The notes under the pieces are model-generated. The model made no database searches and was not told where the DNA came from. It worked only from the letters and a program-made list of their open reading frames with translations. This document shows positions 21,000-29,585 of a stretch of DNA of 64,000 nt, in pieces; position 1 is the stretch's first letter, and each line of letters starts with the position of its first letter. Source of the stretch: a virus (taxonomy: Duplodnaviria > Heunggongvirae > Uroviricota > Caudoviricetes); the IMG/VR virus record IMGVR_UViG_2802429175_000002. The stretch is one strand, 5' to 3'. Made by a program: the position numbers and the translations under genes.

Positions 21000-21270
21000 T
21001 CTTTGACTGCTGCTCAATCTTCTTCTTACCCGCGAACCACACAAGGGCCGAAGATGCGATGAACATGGCTACAAACCCAGCTGACTTGGTCCAGCTGAGA
21101 CCCAGGTAGATGTCGATACCTAGCCTTATGCACATGAGGGCAGCGCATACGAGCATACCGATAGACGAAACTCGGATTCTGACAGGCATCGGGCTCTTCC
21201 ATGTTATGCCCACAATAATTGACACAACAATTAAGAGAATTACGCCGACAACAATAGTGGCAATGATCAT
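20989..21270 (-). CDS. small integral membrane protein
   Basis: 93 aa with 2-3 hydrophobic helices (IIATIVVGVILLIVVSIIVGI, MLVCAALMCI, FVAMFIASSALVWF). Confidence 0.5.
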   Translation of the reverse strand: MIIATIVVGVILLIVVSIIVGITWKSPMPVRIRVSSIGMLVCAALMCIRLGIDIYLGLSWTKSAGFVAMFIASSALVWFAGKKKIEQQSKNEH

Positions 21271-21279
21271 TTAGATACC

Positions 21280-22350
21280 CTACTTACCTGGCTGTGTGAA
21301 GTGAATTCCTTCAGAGCTACGTGTGCAATCAGCTATTTTGGATACCCCATCTATGGCAACCCAACCGGCACCGATTCCTGAGACAAAACCCGCCCCAAAG
21401 GCTGGAATGGCCGGAAGGCTCAGGATCACGCCGTAGATGCCAGTATTAATTTGCGCAATATCGCCCATAATATCGGTTACACCGCATTTCTTAGCCTGGT
21501 CCTCAAAAACCTTCTTCCAGTGGTCTATCTGTGCTTGAGCTTTAGGGTCGTCAGCTTTCGGTAGCGGTTTGTCCTTCTGAATAGTGTGTTTTCCGCCAGG
21601 CTGGCTTAGCTGTGAGCATGCGCCGTTGCACGGGACCAGTGGCGTGAGGGGGTCCTCGGGGAGCATGTCCAGAGACCCACCGCCACCTGACCCAAGATCG
21701 AGATATCCGAGGTTGGCAGCCTCGCTCATGCACTTCTGCTGTTTCTGCTGATCCATCTGCTGGATGTTGTCGTCTTGCTGGTTTTCCGGCTGCTGCTGTT
21801 GCGGCTGCTGACCTTGTTGGGGTTGTTGACCCTGTTGCGGGGACTGCTGTTGCGGAGCTTGAAAATCTGGATTGGGCTTACCAGGGCCTTGGGTGTAGCC
21901 GGGGGCAGTCGAATAATTCGGGGGCTGTGTGCCATGTGCGGGTTGGTCCCACCCCTGTTGGGGCTGCTGTGCGCCTTGCTGACCGGGAACCTGTTGCGCA
22001 CCAGGTGATCCCGTGTTGTAGATGGAAATCCCCGAATTCTGATCTAGGGGTGGCTGGTTGATGCCGCCCTGGTAGTCGGGCATCTGTGGCGGTAATCCGG
22101 GTGGTTGGAACGCGCCCCCGTTCATCCCATCCGGGCCTCCAGGGCCTCCAGTGGGGCCTCCCGTGGGATCGGCTGCCACAGTCGCCACGGTCGAAAATCC
22201 ACTACCGGGCATGGTGTGGTCGCTGGCGATCTTCGCGCCACCGATGACTAGCGCCGTGACGGCTACGACCGCTGATGTGCGGCGCAAAGCTGGCGACATG
22301 CGCCAACGATCACTTACATCCACCCGAGGAAGCCCTCCCGTTCGTGCCAC
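21280..22350 (-). CDS. Pro/Gln-rich membrane-anchored protein
   Basis: N-terminal anchor (SAVVAVTALVIGG), a long P/Q/G-rich low-complexity region, and a C-terminal Cys-containing domain with a Gly-zipper hydrophobic segment. The start may be an internal Met (MSPALRR...). Confidence 0.5.
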   Translation of the reverse strand: MARTGGLPRVDVSDRWRMSPALRRTSAVVAVTALVIGGAKIASDHTMPGSGFSTVATVAADPTGGPTGGPGGPDGMNGGAFQPPGLPPQMPDYQGGINQPPLDQNSGISIYNTGSPGAQQVPGQQGAQQPQQGWDQPAHGTQPPNYSTAPGYTQGPGKPNPDFQAPQQQSPQQGQQPQQGQQPQQQQPENQQDDNIQQMDQQKQQKCMSEAANLGYLDLGSGGGGSLDMLPEDPLTPLVPCNGACSQLSQPGGKHTIQKDKPLPKADDPKAQAQIDHWKKVFEDQAKKCGVTDIMGDIAQINTGIYGVILSLPAIPAFGAGFVSGIGAGWVAIDGVSKIADCTRSSEGIHFTQPGK

Positions 22351-22557
22351 ACACCAAACGGGGGTGTAGCTATGTTTCTCGGATCATGTCAGAAGACACC
22401 TGGCAATGTCCAGATTTATCGACAATTTAAGTGTTTGCTATCCCGGAGTGCTAGCGCGGATGGCTGTAATGAACTTGCCGGTAACCTACTGTCACCTGGG
22501 CAATGCGAATTGCCGGTTGTCGTGTGTGGGCAGGCTGTGGTCGGACGGGCTGGCGTT

Positions 22558-22806
22558 CTACTGTTCCGGGGTTGGCTGTGCCGCACGCTGTCGCCGGTAG
22601 GCTTTCTCGGGCGGGATGGGGGCCGGATTGCGGTTGTTCGGCCCGCCGCGCCCACGTAGCCGGGTGCCGGTTTGCGTGAGGGCGTCGTGAACGTAGCCGT
22701 AGGAATGCCCACCAGCAGCAGCCAGGGCGCGGATACTGGCACCGGCCTCGTACTCCGCTTTCAACGCCGCGCGTTCGCGTGCGCGCTCGTCCCCATGTGT
22801 CTTCAT
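22558..22806 (-). CDS. helix-turn-helix DNA-binding protein
   Basis: 83-aa product MKTHGDERARERAALKAEYEAGASIRALAAAGGHSYGYVHDALTQTG..., where the underlined-type segment is HTH-like. It sits next to a 200-bp intergenic region. Confidence 0.5.
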   Translation of the reverse strand: MKTHGDERARERAALKAEYEAGASIRALAAAGGHSYGYVHDALTQTGTRLRGRGGPNNRNPAPIPPEKAYRRQRAAQPTPEQ

Positions 22807-22922
22807 GGTTTCCCGCTTTCGGCCTCTGTGCCGTTCAAAACAGGGTTGATTCTCGCAACTTATATTCGAGCATCGCAAGCCCTCCCTGGAAGGGGCGTCC
22901 GAGAACGAAGGGGCCTGTTCCT

Positions 22923-23540
22923 CTATCCCGCCGTCAGCGACTTTAGCTGCTCGATCCTCTTCACAGCCTGGTCGGCGGTGAACTTGTTGTACAAACCTGA
23001 AAGATCCGGTGGTTTAACCGATTGCGTGAACGTCAGTGTCGGATGGTCGACTGGCACAACATCCTCGTGCTGAACCAAGAGTAGGACGGTGTCAGGTTTC
23101 AGGATCTGAATGGTGTGGAGTTCGTCTGCTGCCATGTCGTAACCCTCACCGCGCGAACACTGCATCGCTCGGTAGTTCTTCAGCGTGATCTCACCGCTGA
23201 GGGTGAAGCCATCGCCACCGTTGAGCGGGGTACGCCACTCAAACATGTTGTAACGCTGCGGCCTTGTATCTCCGTTGAATCCGAACGGATACGACCGATA
23301 CCAGCGATTCTCCACCGCGCCGGACAAGCATGTGGTGTGGAAGTCGTAGCGATGGTTGTGTGGGTTCACCACCTCGCTGGCGTTCTGAACATCGCCTTCG
23401 AAGAAGTAGGCCTTCAGGGTGAGATCCTCTGAGCGATGAAGGCAGAGGTAGTCGAATCCCTTGACGTGGTAGTCCTTGTAGGAGTGTTCGAGCACTGACT
23501 CCATGTCGAGATCCCTGAGGTCGGGGAGTGTGATGTTCAT
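22923..23540 (-). CDS. hypothetical protein (possible double-stranded beta-helix / oxygenase-like)
   Basis: Product starts MNITLPDL and has a SAS-like ribosome-binding site. An HNHRYD...H pattern is suggestive only. Confidence 0.45.
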   Translation of the reverse strand: MNITLPDLRDLDMESVLEHSYKDYHVKGFDYLCLHRSEDLTLKAYFFEGDVQNASEVVNPHNHRYDFHTTCLSGAVENRWYRSYPFGFNGDTRPQRYNMFEWRTPLNGGDGFTLSGEITLKNYRAMQCSRGEGYDMAADELHTIQILKPDTVLLLVQHEDVVPVDHPTLTFTQSVKPPDLSGLYNKFTADQAVKRIEQLKSLTAG

Positions 23541-23833
23541 AGTGGATACACCGTGACGAAGTCCTGGTTGGTGAGGAACTTGTGCTTGCATTCAGCGCAG
23601 ATGATGTGACCGAACTTCTCCACCTTGCGCTTGTGTCGAGGGATCAACACCTCGATTGCTCGCTTCAAGTGTGCCTCGCACAGTAGGTAATTCGCGCAGG
23701 TGTGGCCTACCCAAAGTCCAGCGATCTTGCCCTGATGCTGGACATCCTTGGTAGTGGATCCACATTCATCGAATGCTGACTCGACCAGCTGCGAGATATC
23801 CGCCTCAGTCGCTGTCGCCATCGCTGTCTCCAT
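23537..23833 (-). CDS. Cys/His-rich zinc-ribbon protein
   Basis: Motifs GHTCANYLLCEAH...HIICAECKHKF. The start was chosen at METAMATAT to avoid overlap with the upstream ORF. Confidence 0.45.
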   Translation of the reverse strand: METAMATATEADISQLVESAFDECGSTTKDVQHQGKIAGLWVGHTCANYLLCEAHLKRAIEVLIPRHKRKVEKFGHIICAECKHKFLTNQDFVTVYPL

Positions 23834-24077
23834 AGTCACGCTGGAACTCGTCGTTGGTGAGCTTCTCGTAGTAACCGTTGGGGTGCTTGATGATCCAGTC
23901 ACCCTCATAGGCGCGTGTTACGTCCAACGTCCCTGGCATGGAGAGCTTGAAGAACGCGAAGGCCCCGCTAGCCTCCTTCACCTGGTGGGCGAATGGAATC
24001 GCGTCTTGAACTCGCTTCCAGGGGCGCCCAACCTGAATGGCCTCAACCACAGTGGGGTTGTGGGTGTACGTCTTCAC
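23805..24077 (-). CDS. hypothetical protein
   Basis: 90-aa ORF with an acidic C-terminal tail. Confidence 0.45.
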   Translation of the reverse strand: MKTYTHNPTVVEAIQVGRPWKRVQDAIPFAHQVKEASGAFAFFKLSMPGTLDVTRAYEGDWIIKHPNGYYEKLTNDEFQRDYGDSDGDSD

Positions 24078-24418
24078 TCGGAGACGTCCACGTAAGGCAG
24101 ATCCTCGTCGAACCAGGCGACAGTTTCGCGGTCGAGGGCCTCGAGGGTGACGTACATTCCCGGGTCGAGGTCCGCGATCTGGCCCTGTGCGGCGTGGACG
24201 GTTACGCGCGCGAGGCTGCCGTCTTCGTTGAAGTAGATACCCAACGCGCGCTTCTCGTGAGACCGCTCCGCCTCGATGGACACCAAGTGGGTAACGGCTC
24301 CGAGGTTGTGGCCGGTAACCTTGGTGCCCACTGCGATAGGCGGTCCAGGCTCGGCGAGCTGAAGCATGCCCTGCGTCTTGGACAGAACCTTGATGCTGTC
24401 CTTCTTCTTGTTACTCAT
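24074..24418 (-). CDS. hypothetical protein
   Basis: 114-aa ORF. The sequence GAACACGAAGGGATACGC upstream of the ATG is a SAS-like ribosome-binding site. Confidence 0.5.
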   Translation of the reverse strand: MSNKKKDSIKVLSKTQGMLQLAEPGPPIAVGTKVTGHNLGAVTHLVSIEAERSHEKRALGIYFNEDGSLARVTVHAAQGQIADLDPGMYVTLEALDRETVAWFDEDLPYVDVSE

Positions 24419-24436
24419 ATGCGTATCCCTTCGTGT

Positions 24437-25240
24437 TCAAAGTTGCCCCGTGCGTTTCCAGAAGCTGTAGTGCAGTCCGATGAGAAAGTCGTTCAGTTCG
24501 TTGCGGTCGACGTGATTAGGGAGGGTGGATCGTTCGATGTTGGTCTCGAGGTTCTGGGTGTAGAGATCCAGCCAGGAAGTGACTTTGTCCACCGAGTACC
24601 GGCCCCGGCGCACATTCCGTAGCCACTCCACCTCGAGTGGCCGCATGGGAATACAGATGTCATGATCCCGCATCAGTTCCGTGCCCTGGATAGCCAGACG
24701 GAGAGCGTGGTACGCCATCTTCGTGTCGAAACCGTACTGCTCCACCAGCTCGCGGCGGTTCTTGTGCTTAGACTTGCCCTTCTCGCCGAGCATCCGGGCT
24801 CGCTGAGCCTTTAGGTATCCGTGGAACCTCCACCCAGCATCCTTGGAGAGGAACAGATTCCGGTTGGATACGATCTGTTGGCCTTCTGGGGACTTGTGGT
24901 AGATGGACTTGGGTGGTGCGAACAATGGCAGTAGCACGGTCGGATTACCCTGCGCTGCAAGACGTGCCCACTTGTTCAGTGCGTACGTTGTATGGTCAGT
25001 GTCCCCGTGTTGGCTGCGCACGCCATCTGGAATGCGAGTCCCATCAGCATGCCAGCGATCGGCATACTGCTCGAACTGCTCAAGTCCAAGAACGCATTCC
25101 GGTGGTGGGATACACACGCCCATCTCGTCGTGGTCATCAGTGTTGGCGAGAGTCACACCGTGCAGACCGGATCCAACTTCAGTGAGGAGAATCAGCCCTC
25201 TCGATGCAATCTCCCTATGGCGAGGAGAGTGGTGGCTCAC
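24437..25240 (-). CDS. Pol-beta superfamily nucleotidyltransferase
   Basis: N-terminal GS-x11-DDHDE motif (GSGLHGVTLANTDDHDEM), characteristic of minimal nucleotidyltransferase folds. 267 aa, translationally coupled (ATGA) to the upstream gene. Confidence 0.55.
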   Translation of the reverse strand: MSHHSPRHREIASRGLILLTEVGSGLHGVTLANTDDHDEMGVCIPPPECVLGLEQFEQYADRWHADGTRIPDGVRSQHGDTDHTTYALNKWARLAAQGNPTVLLPLFAPPKSIYHKSPEGQQIVSNRNLFLSKDAGWRFHGYLKAQRARMLGEKGKSKHKNRRELVEQYGFDTKMAYHALRLAIQGTELMRDHDICIPMRPLEVEWLRNVRRGRYSVDKVTSWLDLYTQNLETNIERSTLPNHVDRNELNDFLIGLHYSFWKRTGQL

Positions 25241-25677
25241 TCCGTCACCTCAGTGTAGGGGCCAAGTTCGGTGAGGTAGAAGGGGTAGTTCCCAATCGAG
25301 ATCTTGTCCCAGGGTTGGTATGGGCCGGTGCGGAGGTACCAGAATCCATTGGTGTACCGGTAGTGCCAGTCACAAGTGCCGGTGACCTTCTCTGTCCACA
25401 CGGTCCCGTCGCGTGCCTCTTCACAGGCCAGTGATGGGAGCTCACGTGACTCGGCAGTGACGGGGTAGGCCTTGTCGTAGAGCTCGCCGTACGCCTTAAG
25501 CAGTTCCTCAGCCTTGTGACGCGAGCCATTGAGGAGGAAGTTGTGTCCTTCAAGTGACACCGTCCACTCATCTTGCCGTGCCGAAGTGGCGACTGCTGAG
25601 CCCGGGGCCGTGCCGAGGACAGCCTCGTACTTGATACTCGCTGGACGAGCTGGTGTGTAAGCAATTCCCATAGTCAA
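25237..25677 (-). CDS. hypothetical protein (first gene of the leftward operon, partner of the nucleotidyltransferase)
   Basis: 146-aa ORF at the edge of the divergent intergenic region. Confidence 0.5.
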   Translation of the reverse strand: MTMGIAYTPARPASIKYEAVLGTAPGSAVATSARQDEWTVSLEGHNFLLNGSRHKAEELLKAYGELYDKAYPVTAESRELPSLACEEARDGTVWTEKVTGTCDWHYRYTNGFWYLRTGPYQPWDKISIGNYPFYLTELGPYTEVTE

Positions 25678-25696
25678 AGTGTTGCACCGGGTTTCG

Positions 25697-25711
25697 TGTT
25701 CATGTGGGTAG
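25697..25711 (+). promoter_or_regulatory. conserved motif copy (TGTTCATGTGGGTAG)
   Basis: Located in the divergent control region next to the start of the leftward operon. Confidence 0.5.
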
Positions 25712-25957
25712 CGTCCGCGCGCGCACGCGCTCTAGTACCGTTCCCGACTTACGTAACGACTACCTCTATGTCAACGTGAGATGCGTTGACTGCAAGGGTT
25801 ATTCATTGCACCGAGAACCTTGCCCAAGTGGGGACGCTGCGGTCTGGAGGTTGATGCCCTTCGGGCGCCACGCCTACCCGGCGTGGGCCTCCCTAGCGGG
25901 AGGTGCGTGCTCACTGCGTTCGCACTCTCCTTTTAGGGAGGCTACGACACGGTGGAG

Positions 25958-25972
25958 GGTTCATGTGGGTAG
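25958..25972 (+). promoter_or_regulatory. conserved motif copy (GGTTCATGTGGGTAG) abutting a TTGACC box
   Basis: The motif is followed 5 nt later by TTGACC, a possible -35 element for rightward early transcription. Confidence 0.5.
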
Positions 25973-26098
25973 ACAGTCTTGACCTGCTGAAACACGTAGG
26001 AATACTCAATCGGTAAGTCCAAGAATGGGGGGATCAGTAGAATGGGATTCGAGGCTCAGGGAGGCCGAGCAAAGTAGTATCCCTTCCTGTCGACCTGA

Positions 26099-26428
26099 GT
26101 GCGCAGTCGCGCCGCCGAGGGAGTCGTGACCCTCGGCGCTCAAACCCACACGAACACAGTCGGGGAGTACCTCCACGCTGGTTGCGTGACTAGATCAGCG
26201 ACCAAGTTCCTGGAGAGTCGGAACGAAAATATCCTTGAGCTCTTTCTGCTTGATGAGGCGATTCGCGAGCGGCACAAGGAATCCGATACTGACGCGGTGT
26301 TAACGCTGAAGATCCAACGCACGCGCATATGCAAAGAGCTCCGAGGGATGGACGTGGAGCCATGGCCTCTTGATGTGGTGCAAGACAACAGTTGGCTTGT
26401 TCGCCAGCAAACTGCATCATGTGGGTAG
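26099..26428 (+). CDS. possible small early regulator (non-ATG start)
   Basis: ORF in the divergent control region with a helical core (ENILELFLLDEAIRERHKES). There is no ATG start, and the ORF ends inside the conserved motif. Weak call. Confidence 0.3.
   Translation: MRSRAAEGVVTLGAQTHTNTVGEYLHAGCVTRSATKFLESRNENILELFLLDEAIRERHKESDTDAVLTLKIQRTRICKELRGMDVEPWPLDVVQDNSWLVRQQTASCG
26417..26428 (+). promoter_or_regulatory. conserved motif copy (TCATGTGGGTAG) containing a start codon
   Basis: The ATG within the motif is in frame with the 26392..26850 ORF. Confidence 0.45.
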
Positions 26429-26850
26429 TTGATAGAATTACAGCTATGTCTACTGCTAATTGGCTACGTCGCTTGGCGCGCAAGAACAACGTTGTTGTGC
26501 TTGATGATCCAGACGCAGTATCGGCAACATTGCAGATCGCGGCCCGTCTTCTGGCAAATGGTTGGACCCAGGGATACCGCTTTGAGCGGGTAGGTGACGG
26601 TATGCGCTACGACATCCTTGGGGCTCTTGACGCCGCCGTAGGCAAGTCAGCAGCGAAGGACGACGCCCGGACCTGGTGGGGGGCCCACCGGTTGATTTCG
26701 CGAGCGATTCCAGCCGGATTTGGCGGGGATGTGTCGGCCTACAACGACGACCCGGCCCGTACGCAGGGCCAGGTAGTGGAACTCATCCGAGGAGTCGCCC
26801 GGAGTCACGGGACGGTCCTACAGGCTCAGAAGAAAGTGACACCAGCATGA
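26419..26850 (+). CDS. hypothetical protein
   Basis: The ATG at 26419 lies inside the conserved motif TCATGTGGGTAG (product MWVVDRITAMSTANW...). An alternative start is the ATG at 26446. Confidence 0.45.
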   Translation: MWVVDRITAMSTANWLRRLARKNNVVVLDDPDAVSATLQIAARLLANGWTQGYRFERVGDGMRYDILGALDAAVGKSAAKDDARTWWGAHRLISRAIPAGFGGDVSAYNDDPARTQGQVVELIRGVARSHGTVLQAQKKVTPA

Positions 26851-27065
26851 GTGATTCCAACGCGGGCACCACGATTGGCTGCACCCTCCTCTTCGGGATC
26901 CTTGCGTTCCTGAAGATCGGGCCTTACGAGAATCCAGTGCAGGACTGGTCGTGGTGGTGGGTAACCGCTCCGTTGTGGGCTGGTACCGCATTCCTACTCG
27001 TGGTCGCGGCGGTGTTCGGAATTCTGGCGCTGATACTCAAAGTGATCGACAAGAACCTCAACTGA
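26847..27065 (+). CDS. small membrane protein (two predicted transmembrane helices)
   Basis: ATGA overlap with the upstream gene. Hydrophobic segments LLFGILAFL and LWAGTAFLLVVAAVFGILALI. Confidence 0.45.
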   Translation: MSDSNAGTTIGCTLLFGILAFLKIGPYENPVQDWSWWWVTAPLWAGTAFLLVVAAVFGILALILKVIDKNLN

Positions 27066-27126
27066 TGTTTCAAATCCCATGGTGGCCATGGGCATTCATT
27101 CTTTTCGTTTTTCTCTACATAGGAGC

Positions 27127-27765
27127 ATGGTGAGCGAAGCTGTCAAGCACTCAACCCTCGCAGAGGCCCTGGTTGCCTTCCAGGCCGAAGTTGGCTTCGT
27201 CGCCAAGGACACTCAGAACCCATTTTTCAAGTCGAAGTATGCAGACCTTCCCGCAGTGATGCGTGAGGCTCAGCCCGTACTGGCCAAGCATGGACTTGCT
27301 GTGTCCCAGTTGCCGTCCTTCTACGACACCGATGGCAAGGTCTACGACACGCTCAAGACTGTTGTCATCCACGAGAGTGGGCAAGAAGTCGCTTCGACGA
27401 TGGTCCTGCACCCGGTGAAGAACGACCCTCAGGCCCACGGCTCCGCGATCACCTATGCGCGTCGCTACGCCTATATGGCTGCGCTTGGTCTCGTGGCAGA
27501 TGTGGACGATGACGGTAACGCGGCGTCGGCTCCAGCCAAGGCTGCTCCGCGTAAGGCTACGCCGAAGAAGGTCACCACCAACCCCGAAGCCGCTGAGGCG
27601 CTCGAGCGTGTGAAGGCCGCAGCCAAGGCTGCCGGTGTCGTGTCGAAGGACGTTCAGGCATGGTTCGCCGAGACGTACCCGGACGGCGGTGCGGTAGTCA
27701 GCTCCACTGATGTGGACGCACTGACCGCAACCGCTGCCCACTTCGAGCTGCTTGCGAGCGCCTAA
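27127..27765 (+). CDS. erf: ERF-family single-strand annealing protein
   Basis: ATG with an AGGAG ribosome-binding site. The N-terminus (LAEALVAFQAEVGFVAKDTQNPFFKSKYADLPAVMREAQPVLAKHGL) matches the ERF family signature. Confidence 0.7.
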   Translation: MVSEAVKHSTLAEALVAFQAEVGFVAKDTQNPFFKSKYADLPAVMREAQPVLAKHGLAVSQLPSFYDTDGKVYDTLKTVVIHESGQEVASTMVLHPVKNDPQAHGSAITYARRYAYMAALGLVADVDDDGNAASAPAKAAPRKATPKKVTTNPEAAEALERVKAAAKAAGVVSKDVQAWFAETYPDGGAVVSSTDVDALTATAAHFELLASA

Positions 27766-27806
27766 TTACTGACTGGGCCATCCCTCGGGACCGATACCAG
27801 CGACCC

Positions 27807-28664
27807 ATGCTGTTCACCCCTGACGGTGGACGCCGGGTCGCCTACTCGCGATGCTCAACGCTCGCTAAGGATCTCGACAAGCCCGGAGATGGGTTGTTCG
27901 CGTGGCACCAGGCCAACGCCATGTTCGGCCTCGCACAGAATCCCCAGCTCCTGAACCGCGTCAGGGCGATCATTGCCAAGGGCGGCACCTGGGATTCGAG
28001 CAAGGGCGAGATCCGGGAAGTCATCTCACAGGCCGAGACCATCGGCGGCGCGATGAACAAGTCCTCCCGGGGCACCTCGATCCATGACTTCACTGGCGTG
28101 CTGGAAGAGGGCAGCCTCGACTGGTCGCTGGTCGACGAGGATATGAAGCCGATCCTGGATGGCTACCACGAGTTCATCGCATCCCTTCCTGGGATGAGTT
28201 TCCTCGCGCGCGAGGTCTTCCTACAGGCGAATGACCGCATCGAGTTGCCGGATGGCCGCGTCGCCACGCTGCGTGCTGCTGGATCCGCTGATCGCATCGT
28301 CGAATGGGATGGCACTCGCTACATGGTTGACATTAAGACCGGTAAGGATGACCAGTACCGGATGGGTGTCTGTGCCCAGCTGGCGCTCTACGTCCTCGGG
28401 AGGCTCTACCAGGACTCCGCAGTCCACCAGGACATTCCGTGGGCCGACTTCTGGCCGAACGCCGATGGCACTGCTGAATTTGCCGACCACGAGTGCGACA
28501 ACGAGACCGCTCTGATGTTCCATTGCCCGCAGACACCCGACTCGCGTGGCCGCTGGAAGTGGGGGATCTACGAGGTTCCCCTTGCGCGTGGCCGAGACAT
28601 TGTTCGTGGTGGCCAGTGGGCCCGCAAGCTTCGCGTTGTTCCCGAGCTGAAGAGGGTTGCCTGA
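27807..28664 (+). CDS. PD-(D/E)xK exonuclease (Cas4/RecB/YqaJ-like)
   Basis: Motifs VDIKTGK and QLALY. It is adjacent to the annealing protein, as in two-component recombination modules. Confidence 0.6.
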   Translation: MLFTPDGGRRVAYSRCSTLAKDLDKPGDGLFAWHQANAMFGLAQNPQLLNRVRAIIAKGGTWDSSKGEIREVISQAETIGGAMNKSSRGTSIHDFTGVLEEGSLDWSLVDEDMKPILDGYHEFIASLPGMSFLAREVFLQANDRIELPDGRVATLRAAGSADRIVEWDGTRYMVDIKTGKDDQYRMGVCAQLALYVLGRLYQDSAVHQDIPWADFWPNADGTAEFADHECDNETALMFHCPQTPDSRGRWKWGIYEVPLARGRDIVRGGQWARKLRVVPELKRVA

Positions 28665-29188
28665 TGTCTGCGGAACCATCAGCAGAGCTCAGTCTCCATG
28701 GCGAGATCGATGACAAGGTCGCCCGTAAGACCCTGAGCCATCTTCGTGACATCGACATCAATACGCCTGGGCGTCCGATCGATCTGATCATCAACTCACC
28801 CGGTGGGTCCATGGAGCACGGGGACGCCATCTACGACGAGCTCGTGCGGATGTCTGTTGCGGGTGGTGGAGGCCATCACATCACCACTCGCGTGCGCGGT
28901 CGTGCTGCGTCTGCCGCTTCCTTGATCCTCCAGGCTGGTGATAAGCGCCTTGGTGGACGAATGAGCTACATCTACATGCACGAGCCGTTGTCTACGTTCC
29001 ACGACCAGACGATGGCCCAGGTGCGCAACGAGCTCGAGTTCTGTGAGAAGTGGGTGGAGCGATACATCGACGCCCATGACCGCTGCAATATCTCGTACGC
29101 CGAATTCCGTGAACGCATTCGGGATAAAGAGTGGTACCTGGCGATGGATGAGGCTGTGGCACTGGGGATTGTGGATGGTATCGGATGA
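28664..29188 (+). CDS. ClpP-like serine peptidase (S14 family)
   Basis: Motifs INSPGGS...AASAASLILQAG. ATGA overlap with the exonuclease gene. Confidence 0.6.
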   Translation: MSAEPSAELSLHGEIDDKVARKTLSHLRDIDINTPGRPIDLIINSPGGSMEHGDAIYDELVRMSVAGGGGHHITTRVRGRAASAASLILQAGDKRLGGRMSYIYMHEPLSTFHDQTMAQVRNELEFCEKWVERYIDAHDRCNISYAEFRERIRDKEWYLAMDEAVALGIVDGIG

Positions 29189-29394
29189 GTAGCGTCAGTG
29201 AGCAGCTCGAGATCCAATCCAAGCGGTTGCCGAAGTGCCACCTGGAGTGGAACTTCGCGTATCCGTGCGGAGAGCTGGCGCACCGCGATGAGGTTGGCGA
29301 ACTTACAGAGGCTCAGGCGCGAAACTACGTATCCCAGGATCCTGAGCGGAAGCTGATGCAGCGCACTGTCACTGACTGGTATGAGGCCGAATGA
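29185..29394 (+). CDS. hypothetical protein
   Basis: 69-aa ORF, translationally coupled. Confidence 0.45.
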   Translation: MSSVSEQLEIQSKRLPKCHLEWNFAYPCGELAHRDEVGELTEAQARNYVSQDPERKLMQRTVTDWYEAE

Positions 29395-29585
29395 TTGCGA
29401 ATCTGACTGTCAGTCCTGAATCGGCGAACGTCGAAGAGTTTGGCGGCAGGGTTGTGCGCTCCTTCACGTCGTGGCGGATCGACTGGCTCGAGTGCAAGAA
29501 CGATCAGGCCTGTTGCCTAGAGCGTCGCGCACTGCACTACTCAGATATCCCCTGTGTCCTGCAGGAGATCTACCGCAATGAGTGA
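29391..29585 (+). CDS. hypothetical protein
   Basis: 64-aa ORF. Confidence 0.4.
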   Translation: MIANLTVSPESANVEEFGGRVVRSFTSWRIDWLECKNDQACCLERRALHYSDIPCVLQEIYRNE

